The translations under genes were made by a program, and so were the position numbers. Shown piece by piece: positions 1 to 8,835 of a DNA stretch of 42,845 nt. The stretch lies in assembly GCA_050697275.1 (NCBI GenBank), contig JBOGZI010000160.1:1-42845 (forward strand). Reading direction: 5' to 3'. The notes below the pieces were generated by a model. The model was not told where the DNA came from. It was given only the letters and a program-made list of their open reading frames with translations, and ran no database searches. Source of the stretch: Solirubrobacterales bacterium (GTDB lineage Bacteria > Actinomycetota > Thermoleophilia > Solirubrobacterales > 70-9). Within the stretch, counting starts at the first letter, position 1. Each line of letters opens with the position of its first letter.

Positions 1-1
1 G

Positions 2-691
2 CTCACGGCGCTCGCCCTGTTCGCGCTCGGACGGCGGCTGCGGCGGGGGCGGGACGGCGAGCCGAGCGAGGAGGGCCGGATCCTCGGATACGCCCTCGCC
101 TTCGCCTGGCTGGCCTATCCCTTCACCCTGTACACGCTCGGCTCGAGCTTCAACGACTCGCTGGTCGCGTTGCTGGTGGTGTGCTGCCTGCTGGTGCTCT
201 CCTCATCCCCCGCGCGGGGGGCGCTGGCCGCGCTGGCGGGGCTGACCAAGTTCGGCCCGCTCGGTCTCGCTCCGCTGCTCGCCGCCGGCACGGGGGAGCG
301 CCGGCCGCGCCCACTGATCGTCTTCTCGGTCGCCTTCCTGGCGACCGCCGCGATCGTCACCGTTCCGCTGCTCCCCGACGGAGGCCTCTCCGAGCTGTAT
401 GACCGCTCGCTCGGCTACCAGGCCTCGCGGGGGTCCCCCTTCAGCATCTGGGGACAGGACCCCTCGCTGGAGCCGCTGCAGACGGCGGCCAAGGTGTTCG
501 CCGTCGGGCTCGGGCTGGCGCTCTTCTTCTGGCCACGTCGGCGCAGCCCGGCGCAGGTGGCGGCGCTCGCCGCGGCGATCCTGATCGCGGTGCAGGTCGC
601 CGCCAGCCACTGGTTCTATCCCTATGCGGTCTGGTTCGCGCCCCTGCTGCTGGCGGCGCTGTTCGCAGAGCGGCGCGGCAGCCCTCCCTAG
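2..691 (+). CDS. Polytopic membrane protein, C-terminal part (5' end outside window); GT-C/DUF2029-like membrane glycosyltransferase candidate
   Basis: Frame 2 is open from base 2 to the TAG at 689-691. The listed ORF 170..691 is only its internal part. Translation is strongly hydrophobic and multi-TM (YPFTLYTLGSSFNDSLVALLVVCCLLVL ... AASHWFYPYAVWFAPLLLAALF). Family assignment is by resemblance only. Confidence 0.5.
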   Translation, partial: LTALALFALGRRLRRGRDGEPSEEGRILGYALAFAWLAYPFTLYTLGSSFNDSLVALLVVCCLLVLSSSPARGALAALAGLTKFGPLGLAPLLAAGTGERRPRPLIVFSVAFLATAAIVTVPLLPDGGLSELYDRSLGYQASRGSPFSIWGQDPSLEPLQTAAKVFAVGLGLALFFWPRRRSPAQVAALAAAILIAVQVAASHWFYPYAVWFAPLLLAALFAERRGSPP

Positions 692-1221
692 AGAGCTCCG
701 CCGGCGGGCGGGGGAGCGGTCGGGTCGTCGCCCTGGCCGCCCATCTGCTCGCGGGCGAGGAACTCCTCGGCCTGCAGCGGGGTGTCCTTGGCACGTTCGA
801 CCACGTTGAGCAAGTCGGTCATCGAGGAGACCTCCTCGACCTGTTCCTTGACGAACCACTGCAGGAACTGCTCGGCCTGGAAGTCGCTCTGCTCGCGGGC
901 CAGCTTGAACAGCGCGTTGATCTCGTCGGTGACGCGCCTCTCCTGCTCGAGCGCCATCTTCACCGGCCCGATCACGTCGTCGTACTTCGTCTGCTGGGAC
1001 TTGATGTCGGGGATGCGGACCTCCTCGCCGGCGTCGAGCAGGTACTGGACCATGATCATCGCGTGGTTTCGCTCCTCGACCGCCTGGCGGTAGAAGAAGG
1101 CGGCGAGGCGCGGCAGGGTCTCGGAGTCGTAGTAGACGGCGGCCCCGATGTACTGCTGGGAGGCGGCGAGCTCGTTGGAGATCTGCTCGTTGAGGGCGTC
1201 GGCGAAGCTCTGATCTGGCAA
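688..1221 (-). CDS. bfrB: Non-heme ferritin (BfrB-like)
   Basis: 177 aa. Ferritin di-iron motifs are present: NELAASQQY, QAVEERNHAM, EQERRVT, QWFVKEQVEE. It aligns by eye with mycobacterial BfrB along its whole length. Confidence 0.9.
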   Translation of the reverse strand: MPDQSFADALNEQISNELAASQQYIGAAVYYDSETLPRLAAFFYRQAVEERNHAMIMVQYLLDAGEEVRIPDIKSQQTKYDDVIGPVKMALEQERRVTDEINALFKLAREQSDFQAEQFLQWFVKEQVEEVSSMTDLLNVVERAKDTPLQAEEFLAREQMGGQGDDPTAPPPAGGAL

Positions 1222-1279
1222 GTCGTCCCTTTCCTGGTCGTTTCGCCGAAGGCTAGGCGAGATCGCGAATTCGGCTTGC

Positions 1280-1305
1280 CTTAGCGCGCTTCGGGGCGCC
1301 TAAGC
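1280..1305 (-). terminator. Stem-loop immediately after the stop of the 1307..2383 gene
   Basis: cttagcgcgc-ttcg-gggcgcctaag imperfect inverted repeat starting 2 nt downstream of the stop. No clear U-tract. Confidence 0.3.
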
Positions 1306-1306
1306 C

Positions 1307-2383
1307 TCAGGCCGTCCAGCGGAAGCCCGTCTCCGCCAGACGCGGCTCCAGAGGGCTCTCGGGGTGCCCGGGCTCGGTCGGCGCCGTGTTGTATCCGGAC
1401 GGGGCGACGTCGTTGGGGGTGTCGGGATGGAAGACGGAGGCCAGATACTGGATCTGGCCGCGGCCGGGGCCGAGCTCCCACTGGCCGCCGCCGTAGGCGC
1501 CGATCCCGTTCTCGTCGCAGTGGTCGTAGGCGGCGAACAGCTCCTGGATCGGCCCGAACCGCGAGGGCTTGACATTGACCATCTTCGGGGGCCAGACCCG
1601 ATCCTCGATGTCGGCGACCGAGTGGATCGGTGCGTCCCAGGTGACCCGGTCGGCGACCGGCTCGAGGATCGGCTGGGTCACCTCGGTGACGTCGGGATCC
1701 TCCAGCCAGGCCTCGGGAAACGCCTCGACCAGCTTCCGGTAGAGCTCGGGGTCTGTCTCCACGTCGACCGGCGTGCCCTTGTAGAAGCCCTTCAGGTCGA
1801 GCGAGTCGACCGCGCCGGTCTCAACCAGCTGCGCGATCAGCTCGTCGGTCCAGTCATTGGTCGGGTCGAGCTTGAAGCGGAGATCGGGGTAGACCTCCAG
1901 CCGCTCCCGCACCGGCTCGATCGTCGAGGGCTGAGGTTCCTCCCCTTCGCGCGGAAGCGGCGCGAGCCGCATCGAGACGACGAAGTTGACGGGTCGGGGT
2001 TCGCGCTCCAGCACCTCGTGCAGCGGCTTCCCGGCCTGCCGCAGCGCCAGGTCGAGAGCGGCGCTCTCGAACGCCCAGCGACGGTAGTTCTCCGAGACCT
2101 CCCGCTCTGGGGGGGTGGGAAAGAGGTCCGCGTCCTCGAGCAGCTTGGAGAATGAGGCGATCGTGTGCTCGCCGGCCAGCTCGAGGATCGGGCCCGCGTC
2201 CTGCTGGGCGACGTGGTCGAGCGCGTCGTAGACGACGTCCTCGCCGACGCCCTCCTCCCCGCCGCCCTTGAGGTGGATCACGGTGGTGAGCCGCTCGAAG
2301 TCGCTCGCCTTGTGGCCGAGCCCCTCGAGCTCGTAGGAGTCGATCTTGAGGGGCAGGTCGGCGATTCGCTCGTAGCTGCTCAC
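1307..2383 (-). CDS. Enolase-superfamily-like protein (mandelate racemase / o-succinylbenzoate synthase-like), specific function unknown
   Basis: 358 aa with good codon bias. Spacing of acidic motifs (RFKLDPTNDW, SLDLKGF, WLEDPD) resembles the metal ligands of the enolase-superfamily barrel. Not verified by search. Confidence 0.55.
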   Translation of the reverse strand: MSSYERIADLPLKIDSYELEGLGHKASDFERLTTVIHLKGGGEEGVGEDVVYDALDHVAQQDAGPILELAGEHTIASFSKLLEDADLFPTPPEREVSENYRRWAFESAALDLALRQAGKPLHEVLEREPRPVNFVVSMRLAPLPREGEEPQPSTIEPVRERLEVYPDLRFKLDPTNDWTDELIAQLVETGAVDSLDLKGFYKGTPVDVETDPELYRKLVEAFPEAWLEDPDVTEVTQPILEPVADRVTWDAPIHSVADIEDRVWPPKMVNVKPSRFGPIQELFAAYDHCDENGIGAYGGGQWELGPGRGQIQYLASVFHPDTPNDVAPSGYNTAPTEPGHPESPLEPRLAETGFRWTA

Positions 2384-2510
2384 GGTCGGGGCAATCTAAC
2401 GACCGGCTCGACTCGACCGGCTGGTGCTCCTTACCGGCTGCTTAGAGCGCCGGATAAGGTGCGCGCGAAAACCGTCGGCGCTTCTGGACGGCGAAGACGA
2501 AGGGAGAGAG

Positions 2511-3194
2511 ATGGCCCAATCACTCGAAGCGGACGCCGGGAAGGGCCTGAAGGCGCTCGGCGTCAACTGCACCTTGAAGAAGTCCCCCGAGACCTCGAAC
2601 ACCGAGGCCCTCATGAACCGGGTCCTCGGGCTGCTCGCCGAGCACGGGGTGGAGACGGAGATCCTGCGCCCAGTCGACTATGACATCAGGTTCGGGGTCA
2701 GCTCGGACGAGGGTGACGGGGACGAGTGGCCGCAGATCCTGGAGAAGATCAAGGCAGCCGACATCCTGTTGATGGGCATGTCGATCTGGTTCGGGGTGCG
2801 CTCCTCGGTGATGCAGATGGTGATCGAGCGCCTCGACGGCACCTACGACGAGACCAACGAGGTCGGCCAGTACCCGCTCTACAACAAGGTCGCCGGCGTG
2901 GTCGTCACCGGCAACGAGGACGGGGCGCACGCCAGCGCCGAGACCACCCTGTTCAACATGACCCACCTCGGCTGCGTCGTGCCCCCCAACGCCGACACCT
3001 ACTGGGTGGGCGAGGCCGGGCCCGGGCCCTCCTACCTGGAGGCGGGCGGCGAGAGCCATCCCTACACCCAGCGGACCAGCTCCTGGTGCGCCCACAACCT
3101 GCTGCACATGGCCCGCATCCTGCGCGACCACCCGATCCCGCCGATCGGCAACACGGTCGAGGAGCACGGCGGCGACGCCGTGCACGTCGGCTAG
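2511..3194 (+). CDS. Flavodoxin-like fold NAD(P)H-dependent FMN reductase family protein
   Basis: ATG at 2511 follows gaagggagagag (RBS); the track ORF start at 2424 is probably over-extended. Family pattern: NCTLKKSPETSNT ... ADILLMGMSIWFG ... VVVTGNEDGAH. Confidence 0.7.
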   Translation: MAQSLEADAGKGLKALGVNCTLKKSPETSNTEALMNRVLGLLAEHGVETEILRPVDYDIRFGVSSDEGDGDEWPQILEKIKAADILLMGMSIWFGVRSSVMQMVIERLDGTYDETNEVGQYPLYNKVAGVVVTGNEDGAHASAETTLFNMTHLGCVVPPNADTYWVGEAGPGPSYLEAGGESHPYTQRTSSWCAHNLLHMARILRDHPIPPIGNTVEEHGGDAVHVG

Positions 3195-3240
3195 CGCCCG
3201 CCCTGCGCGAGCGGGCCGCCGCCCGAGTCGGACGGCGTCG

Positions 3241-4410
3241 CTAGGTGGTCGGCGGCCGCAGGTTGCCGATCACGGTCTCCTGCAGCAGCACCCGCATCGA
3301 CTCGGAGGACGCGAAGAAGAAGAAGGCGCCCCCCTTCTGCTTCAGCCCTGCCAGCGCGCAGAGCGCCGCGGTCGAGGCGGAGGTCCGGGTGATCGCCATG
3401 CCGCCGTTGACGCTGGGGGTGTTGCTGAACGAGATCTGCAGCGACAGATTGGAGAAGTTCGGCCTGCCCTTCTTCTTGATCTTGCGCCGCTTGGTGATCG
3501 TCTTCTTGATCACCTTGTTGCCCTTGCGCCGCTTCACCTTCTTGCGTTTGAACTTGTACACGTACTGCAGGCGGAGATCCTTGGCGCGGGCCCCGAAGCC
3601 CGCCGGGCCCCCCTCGGCGCAGGAGTCCTGGGTCTGCACGCTCAGCGGCCCGAGATGCCGGCCCCCGACCCGGCGGTTCTTCTTGTCCAGGTCCTGAGCG
3701 ATCGCGCCGTAGCTCCATTCCTCGTCGTCGAGCGGAACGAGGCCGGTCCGCTTGCCGGTGGCCACCGAGTTGGAGGTCATCGTCTCGGTCATCAGACGGT
3801 CCCAGGACTTGATCCTGGGGAAGGCCTTCCTGTAGTTCTGGGTCCAGGGCGGCCGCGATGGGTCGCTGAGCCGCCCGGCGTTCCAATCCATCGGCTCGAA
3901 GTCGGTCAGCAGCGCGTAGATCGCCGGATGGTCGTAGAGCGTGAAGGCGTAGCCGGGCTGGGTGAAGTCGTAGTTCATCCCGGTCAGGGCGATGATCCGG
4001 TTGCAGGGGAAGGCGGCGCGCAGATTGGTGGCGAGCTCGGCCGCCACCGAGGGAGTCATCGCGGGCGCCCCGTTGGATCCGGTGAAGCGGGTGTTGAGCA
4101 CGAAGATGTCCTGCGATCGGATCCGGCCGCCTAGGCCGCCCTTCGCCTCGTTGAAGTTGGCGTAGTCATCGATGTTCCCCTGCGTGTTGATCCGGATCAG
4201 CATCGTGAACCGGGTCGGCCCGGGTCCCGGGGGGCTGAGGCCCACCGGCTGCGGCGGGCAGCTGACCTGCGCCTCGGCCGGGGCGGGGGCGCCGCCCGCG
4301 CCGATCAGCAGCAGGGCCAGCGCGAGCAGGGCCGCGCCGACCGCCGCCGGGAGCAGCCGGTGAGCGCACAGGGTCGTGCGACTCCGGGTGTCGGTACCGA
4401 TTCCTGCCAT
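3241..4410 (-). CDS. Secreted hypothetical protein with an internal Lys/Arg-rich tract
   Basis: ATG at 4410. N-terminal signal peptide (LLPAAVGAALLALALLLIGAGGAPAPAEA|QV). 389 aa, and I recognise no family. Residues ~285-319 are YKFKRKKVKRRKGNKVIKKTITKRRKIKKKGRPNF. Confidence 0.65.
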   Translation of the reverse strand: MAGIGTDTRSRTTLCAHRLLPAAVGAALLALALLLIGAGGAPAPAEAQVSCPPQPVGLSPPGPGPTRFTMLIRINTQGNIDDYANFNEAKGGLGGRIRSQDIFVLNTRFTGSNGAPAMTPSVAAELATNLRAAFPCNRIIALTGMNYDFTQPGYAFTLYDHPAIYALLTDFEPMDWNAGRLSDPSRPPWTQNYRKAFPRIKSWDRLMTETMTSNSVATGKRTGLVPLDDEEWSYGAIAQDLDKKNRRVGGRHLGPLSVQTQDSCAEGGPAGFGARAKDLRLQYVYKFKRKKVKRRKGNKVIKKTITKRRKIKKKGRPNFSNLSLQISFSNTPSVNGGMAITRTSASTAALCALAGLKQKGGAFFFFASSESMRVLLQETVIGNLRPPTT

Positions 4411-4587
4411 CGAACGAGCCAGCCCGTGAAGCTAGCGGCGGCACCACCCGGAACACGCCAGGTGCCTTGCAGGTTGCGGTCCGCGGCGGTCAGGCTGCTG
4501 ACTCTCGGACCGGAGGCGCAGCCGAAGCGACTTGTGGTGGGCGGCCGCCACCGCGGCGGTCCTATGGCGAAGCCATCCTCCGGCGCG

Positions 4588-5529
4588 TTATTCCGAAGCA
4601 CTCCTCCGCTGCGCGACCAGCGCCAGCATCGCGTAGGCGACGTTGGCCGCGAGCAGCGAGGTGGGCTGACCCGGTCCGTCGTAGGGCGGCGAGACCTCGA
4701 CCACGTCGAAGCCCCGGAAGTCGATCCCGGTGAGCGCCCTGACCAGGTCGAGCGCTTCGCCGGATGTTGGGCCGCCCACCTCGGGGGTTCCGGTCGCCGG
4801 GGCGAAGGCCGGGTCCACGAAGTCGATGTCGAAGCTGAGGAAGGCGGGGCCGTCGCCGACCCGGGCGCGCACCCGCTCGGCGTACTGGTCGGGGCTGAGC
4901 CCGCGCAGCTCCCTCCACGGGAGCAGCTCGAAGCCGAGCCCGCCCGGGTCCTCGATGTCCTGCTTCGAATAGACCGAGCCCCTCATCCCCGCCATCAGGG
5001 AGCGCGAGGGGTCGACCACGCCCTCCTCCACCGCTCGGCGAAAGGGGGTGCCGTGGAAGTACCGCTGCCCGCCGTAGGAGTCCCAGGTGTCGGGGTGTGA
5101 ATCCAGCAGCACCAGTGCGGGCGGACCGTGGGCGGCCGCCAGCGCGCGAAGCTCGGCCAGCGCGATCAGGTGATCCCCCCCGAGCACCAGGGGCACCACC
5201 CCGGCGGCCGCGACCGGCTCCAGGCCGGCGGCGATCTCGCCGACGCCGCGCTCGGCGTCGCCCGGAGGGGAGACGACGTCGCCGCGGTCGACGATCGAGA
5301 GGGAGCCGAGCACGTCTACGTCGATCACCGGGTCGTAGTCGCGCAGCAGCACCGAGGCGGAGCGGATCGCCTCCGGCCCGAAGCGGGCGCCGGGCCGGAA
5401 GCTGGTTCCCGTGTCGAAGGGGACCCCGACCACGGCCACGTCCGCCCCCTCGAGCTCGGTCCGGTGCGGCTGCCGGGCGAAGGTGCGGATGCCGCTGAAG
5501 CGCGGCGGGGATTCCTCGGGCGAGGTCAC
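4588..5529 (-). CDS. speB: Agmatinase (ureohydrolase/arginase family)
   Basis: 313 aa. Mn-binding signature motifs are present: LGGDH, LDSHPD, SFDIDFVDPAFAPATGTPEVGG. The start overlaps the upstream decarboxylase stop by 4 nt. Confidence 0.9.
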   Translation of the reverse strand: MTSPEESPPRFSGIRTFARQPHRTELEGADVAVVGVPFDTGTSFRPGARFGPEAIRSASVLLRDYDPVIDVDVLGSLSIVDRGDVVSPPGDAERGVGEIAAGLEPVAAAGVVPLVLGGDHLIALAELRALAAAHGPPALVLLDSHPDTWDSYGGQRYFHGTPFRRAVEEGVVDPSRSLMAGMRGSVYSKQDIEDPGGLGFELLPWRELRGLSPDQYAERVRARVGDGPAFLSFDIDFVDPAFAPATGTPEVGGPTSGEALDLVRALTGIDFRGFDVVEVSPPYDGPGQPTSLLAANVAYAMLALVAQRRSASE

Positions 5530-7016
5530 TCGCGCACCACCCTCACCGTCCTCAGGGTGCGGTCGCTCGCTCCCCGCACCAGGCCGCCATGGGCGAGCGA
5601 GTCGGCGATGTAGGCGAGGGTGGGCTGGGTCAGCCGCTCGCCGGGCAGCACGTTGGGCACCCCGGGCGGATATGCCGCCAGGGACTCCGCGGCGATCCTG
5701 CCCTCGGCCCGCTCGAACGGCACCACCTCCTGGGCCCCGAGGAAGGCGTCGCGCGGCGCCAGCTCGAGCTTCCCCCAGGGCGGTGGCTCCGCGAAGGCGC
5801 GTCGCTGCTCGAGGTCGCCCGGGCCGATCGCCTCGGTCACATGGCGCAGCGCCTCCACCAGGCGGGCGGCCCCCGGCGCGGCCCGCTCGCCGATCCCGAA
5901 CACGGCCACGATCACGTTCTCGGAGAAGAGCTCGAGGTTGATGTCGTCGCGCTCCCTCATCAGCGAGGCGATCCTATGCCCGGTGGCGCCGGTGCCGCGG
6001 ACGTCGATCGAGAGGCGGAGGGGATCCCAGGCGGCGACGCTGGTGCGCCCGGCGAGGCGCTCGTCGAGCACGTCGAGGCCGGGTATCTCCCGGATCCGCT
6101 CCCGGGTCTCGCGCAGCGTCGCCAGCGTCTCGGAGAGCAGCTCCTGGCCGCGGGTGACGGCGAAGCGGCGGGCGGCGTCGAGCGAAGCGGTCAGAAGGGC
6201 GTTCGGGCTGGTCGACTCGACCAGGGTCACCGAGCGGTCGACCAGGCCATCGTCGACCAGGTCGCCGGCCCCCAGGTGCAGGATCGCCGACTGGGTCAGG
6301 CTGCCGACGATCTTGTGGGTGCTCGACAGCACCAGGTCGGCGCCGCCCCGCAGCGCACCCGGCGGCAGCTCGTCGTGGAAGTAGAGGTGCGAGCCCCAGG
6401 CCTCGTCCACGACCAGCGGGACGCCGTGATCGTGGGCCACCTCGGCCAGCTCCGCGACCCGCGCCACCGCGCCGAAGTAGGTGGGGGAGACGACCATCGC
6501 CGCCTCCGCCTCCGGGGCGGCGTCGAGCGCCGTGGCGAGCGCCTCGGGGGTGACGCAGTGGGCGACCCCCAGGTCGGGATCGATCTCCGGCGCGGCGAAT
6601 GAGGGCCGCAGGCCGGAGAGCACCATCCCGTCGACGGTCGAGGAGTGGACGTTGCGCTGGACGACGTGGCCGCGGTCGGGGGGCCCGGCGCGAGTCTTCT
6701 CCCGGGCGTGCGCGAAGGTCATGCAGATCGCGTGGTTGCCTCCGGAGGCTCCGTTCAGCAGGAACCAGCTGCGGCGGGCACCCCACGCCTCGGCGGCGAG
6801 CTGCTGCGCGCGCTGGAAGGGGGTGGGCTCCGGGCCGACGTCTATTCCCTCGAGCCCGCCCGGCACGTCGTGGGCGAGCGCCGCCGCGCCGAGCACCTCG
6901 ATCAGGCCGGGGTCCGCCCCGGTGCCCTTGTGGCCGGGGATGTGGAAGCGGCCGGGCTCTCGCGCTACGTATGCGGCGAGGGCGTCGAGGTAGGGCGCTT
7001 CGGTCTGATCCGCCAA
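5526..7016 (-). CDS. speA: PLP-dependent Orn/Lys/Arg decarboxylase family enzyme, probably arginine decarboxylase
   Basis: 496 aa with a TTG start at 7016. Motifs: FHIPGHKG N-terminal motif and the PLP-lysine motif SSTHKIVGSLTQSA. Substrate is inferred from translational coupling to agmatinase. Confidence 0.8.
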   Translation of the reverse strand: MADQTEAPYLDALAAYVAREPGRFHIPGHKGTGADPGLIEVLGAAALAHDVPGGLEGIDVGPEPTPFQRAQQLAAEAWGARRSWFLLNGASGGNHAICMTFAHAREKTRAGPPDRGHVVQRNVHSSTVDGMVLSGLRPSFAAPEIDPDLGVAHCVTPEALATALDAAPEAEAAMVVSPTYFGAVARVAELAEVAHDHGVPLVVDEAWGSHLYFHDELPPGALRGGADLVLSSTHKIVGSLTQSAILHLGAGDLVDDGLVDRSVTLVESTSPNALLTASLDAARRFAVTRGQELLSETLATLRETRERIREIPGLDVLDERLAGRTSVAAWDPLRLSIDVRGTGATGHRIASLMRERDDINLELFSENVIVAVFGIGERAAPGAARLVEALRHVTEAIGPGDLEQRRAFAEPPPWGKLELAPRDAFLGAQEVVPFERAEGRIAAESLAAYPPGVPNVLPGERLTQPTLAYIADSLAHGGLVRGASDRTLRTVRVVRE

Positions 7017-7323
7017 CCCGATCCCGTCAAGCCCCGTGGGGCGGCTCGCCGCCGGCGTACTCCGAGTGCGGGTACCGCTCGCCGCCGATCAGGAGGCGGG
7101 TTTCGACATCTGCCATGGCTTCGATCCTACGGCTTCGGGATCGGCTCCCTGGACCGGTGGGCGTGCGGCCAGGGACCGCCTCAGATTGTGCGACCCCTCA
7201 CCGTTTCAGGGCGGCTTTCAGGGCAAGGCGGGGAAGGACGGCCAGGGGGAGAAGGAAACCGGCCGCCCTTTCCGCCCGCCTGCGCCGAGGCTCAAAGCTC
7301 GGCGGAGACGAGGAGTGATATGT

Positions 7324-7362
7324 GGGCGGGCGCCGGAGTAGGGGGTCTCCGAACGCCCGCCC
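7324..7362 (-). terminator. GC-rich stem-loop downstream of the small basic protein gene
   Basis: gggcgggcg (7324-7332) pairs with cgcccgccc (7354-7362). An inner cggag/ctccg pairing extends the stem. No U-tract. Confidence 0.35.
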
Positions 7363-7453
7363 GCTGCCTCGACTCAAGTGCCGCGTACCCTGGCCGTCGG
7401 CCCGCTAAACCTGGACCGTGGCCTTGCGGCCGAATGGGCTTGCCGGGCTGCGC

Positions 7454-7798
7454 TCAGCGCCGCTTCGCCGCCACCGCCCGCTGCAGCTGCGCCTTGCTCA
7501 TGCTCGAGCGGCCGCTGATCCGGAGCCGCCGCGCCTGGTTGTAGAGCTGCTCCTTGGTTTGGCCCTTCGGCCGGTTGGTGCCGGACCGGCGGCCTCCGCG
7601 CCGCGAGGGGGAGGCTCCCTTGGTCGAGCTGCGAGACCGGGTCCTCGACTCGCCCGAGCGGGCGCGGTTCTTCTGCACGGTGCGGGCGGCCAGCTGCTTC
7701 GCCCGGCCCTTGGGCGCGCCGCGCTTGCGGGCGCTGCGCTTGATCTTCTCGTACTGCCGGGCTCGCTTGGTGCCCTTCCGAACGCCACGTGGGGGCAT
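7454..7798 (-). CDS. Small highly basic protein with C-terminal Rho_N/SAP-like helix-extended-helix motif
   Basis: 114 aa, Arg/Lys-rich. The C-terminus KEQLYNQARRLRISGRSSMSKAQLQRAV resembles the Rho termination factor N-terminal domain. Confidence 0.65.
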   Translation of the reverse strand: MPPRGVRKGTKRARQYEKIKRSARKRGAPKGRAKQLAARTVQKNRARSGESRTRSRSSTKGASPSRRGGRRSGTNRPKGQTKEQLYNQARRLRISGRSSMSKAQLQRAVAAKRR

Positions 7799-7888
7799 TG
7801 CTCCTCCTTTTCGGAGCGGTCAGTGTCTGAAAGCCGCGCTACCCGCTCACCCACGAGGCAAACCGGGCGGAGCGTGCCCGCACGGGGC

Positions 7889-7914
7889 GTTTGGGCGCTA
7901 TTAGCCATGGGTAA
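7889..7914 (+). promoter_or_regulatory. Candidate SigB/SigF-type promoter upstream of the sigma factor gene
   Basis: GTTT (7889-7892), 16-nt spacer, GGGTAA (7909-7914). This matches the GTTT-N14-17-GGGTA(T/C) consensus of stress/sporulation-type group 3 sigma factors. Confidence 0.4.
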
Positions 7915-7989
7915 CTAAGTTGGCCAGTGCCGCAAAGCGCGGCAGAGACCGCAAGCGGGAGAAGCGAGGGCGGTTGTAGGGATGCGCAT

Positions 7990-8820
7990 ATGGATGCGCT
8001 GACGTTGAAGACGATGGACCAGTCCGCCTCGAGCTCAAACGAGAGCACCGGAGCCCCCTCCCCGGGACCGAACGAGCAGTTGGCGGGCGAGCGGCAGCTG
8101 CTGCGCCGCTTCGCCGAAGGGGGCTCGCCCCGGGTGCGCGAGGAGCTGGTCGAGCGCTTCATGCCGCTGGCGCGCCGGCTGGCCGCTCGCTACGCCGGCG
8201 GCGCCGAGCCCTTCGACGACCTGGTGCAGGTCGCCAGCGTGGGCCTGGTCAAGGCGATCGACCGCTTCGACCCGGAGCGCGGCACCGCCTTCTCGACCTT
8301 CGCCGTCCCGACCATCCTCGGCGAGCTGAAGCGCCACTTCCGCGACCGCGGCTGGTCGGTCCACGTCCCCCGCGACGTGCAGGAGAGGATCCTCAAGGTG
8401 GAGCGTGCGATCGCCGAGCTGCCCGCGCGGCTTGGCCACCCACCGACCGTGCAGGAGATCGCCAAGCGAGTGGAGGCCTCCGAGGAGGAGGTCCTGGAGG
8501 CGATGCACGCCGCGCAGGGCCATCACGCGATCTCGCTGGACGCCGCCTCGGCCTTCGCCGATGGCGAGGACCCGGCCCCGCTGGGCGAGCGGATCGGGGA
8601 GGAGGACCTGTCCTTCGACACGGTCGAGTACGGCGCAGCGATCGCGCCGGTGCTCGCCGACATCTCCGAGCGGGACCGCCGCGTGCTCCACCTTCGCTTC
8701 GTGGAGGACATGACACAGAGCGAGATCGCCGAGCGCGTCGGCGTCTCCCAGATGCACGTCTCCCGGATCCTCCGCGCCACGATCGAGCGGCTGCGGAACG
8801 AGGTTCCCGAGAACGAGTAG
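7990..8820 (+). CDS. RNA polymerase sigma factor, SigB/SigF/SigG subfamily
   Basis: Regions 2-4 are recognisable: DDLVQVASVGLVKAIDRFDPERGTAFSTFAVPTILGELKRHFRD and the 4.2 HTH TQSEIAERVGVSQMHVSRIL. The start is ambiguous between GTG 7927 (track) and ATG 7990. Confidence 0.85.
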   Translation: MDALTLKTMDQSASSSNESTGAPSPGPNEQLAGERQLLRRFAEGGSPRVREELVERFMPLARRLAARYAGGAEPFDDLVQVASVGLVKAIDRFDPERGTAFSTFAVPTILGELKRHFRDRGWSVHVPRDVQERILKVERAIAELPARLGHPPTVQEIAKRVEASEEEVLEAMHAAQGHHAISLDAASAFADGEDPAPLGERIGEEDLSFDTVEYGAAIAPVLADISERDRRVLHLRFVEDMTQSEIAERVGVSQMHVSRILRATIERLRNEVPENE

Positions 8821-8835
8821 CGCCGCCGCCCCGGG

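Noticed and set aside
1222-1306. IdeR/DtxR-type iron box upstream of the ferritin gene.
   Set aside because: The best candidate (TAAGGCAAGCCGAATTCGC) matches fewer than half of the positions of the 19-bp TTAGGTTAGGCTAACCTAA consensus.
7017-7200. Possible ykkC/guanidine-I riboswitch in the decarboxylase-agmatinase leader (UGAGGGGUCGC ... CCGGUCCAGGGAG vaguely resemble UAGGGUUCCG ... GGUCCGAGAG).
   Set aside because: Only two short, imperfect blocks match, and the conserved 3' ACGR...GGGA...CCCGGGAGA portion is absent. I cannot support this without a covariance-model search.
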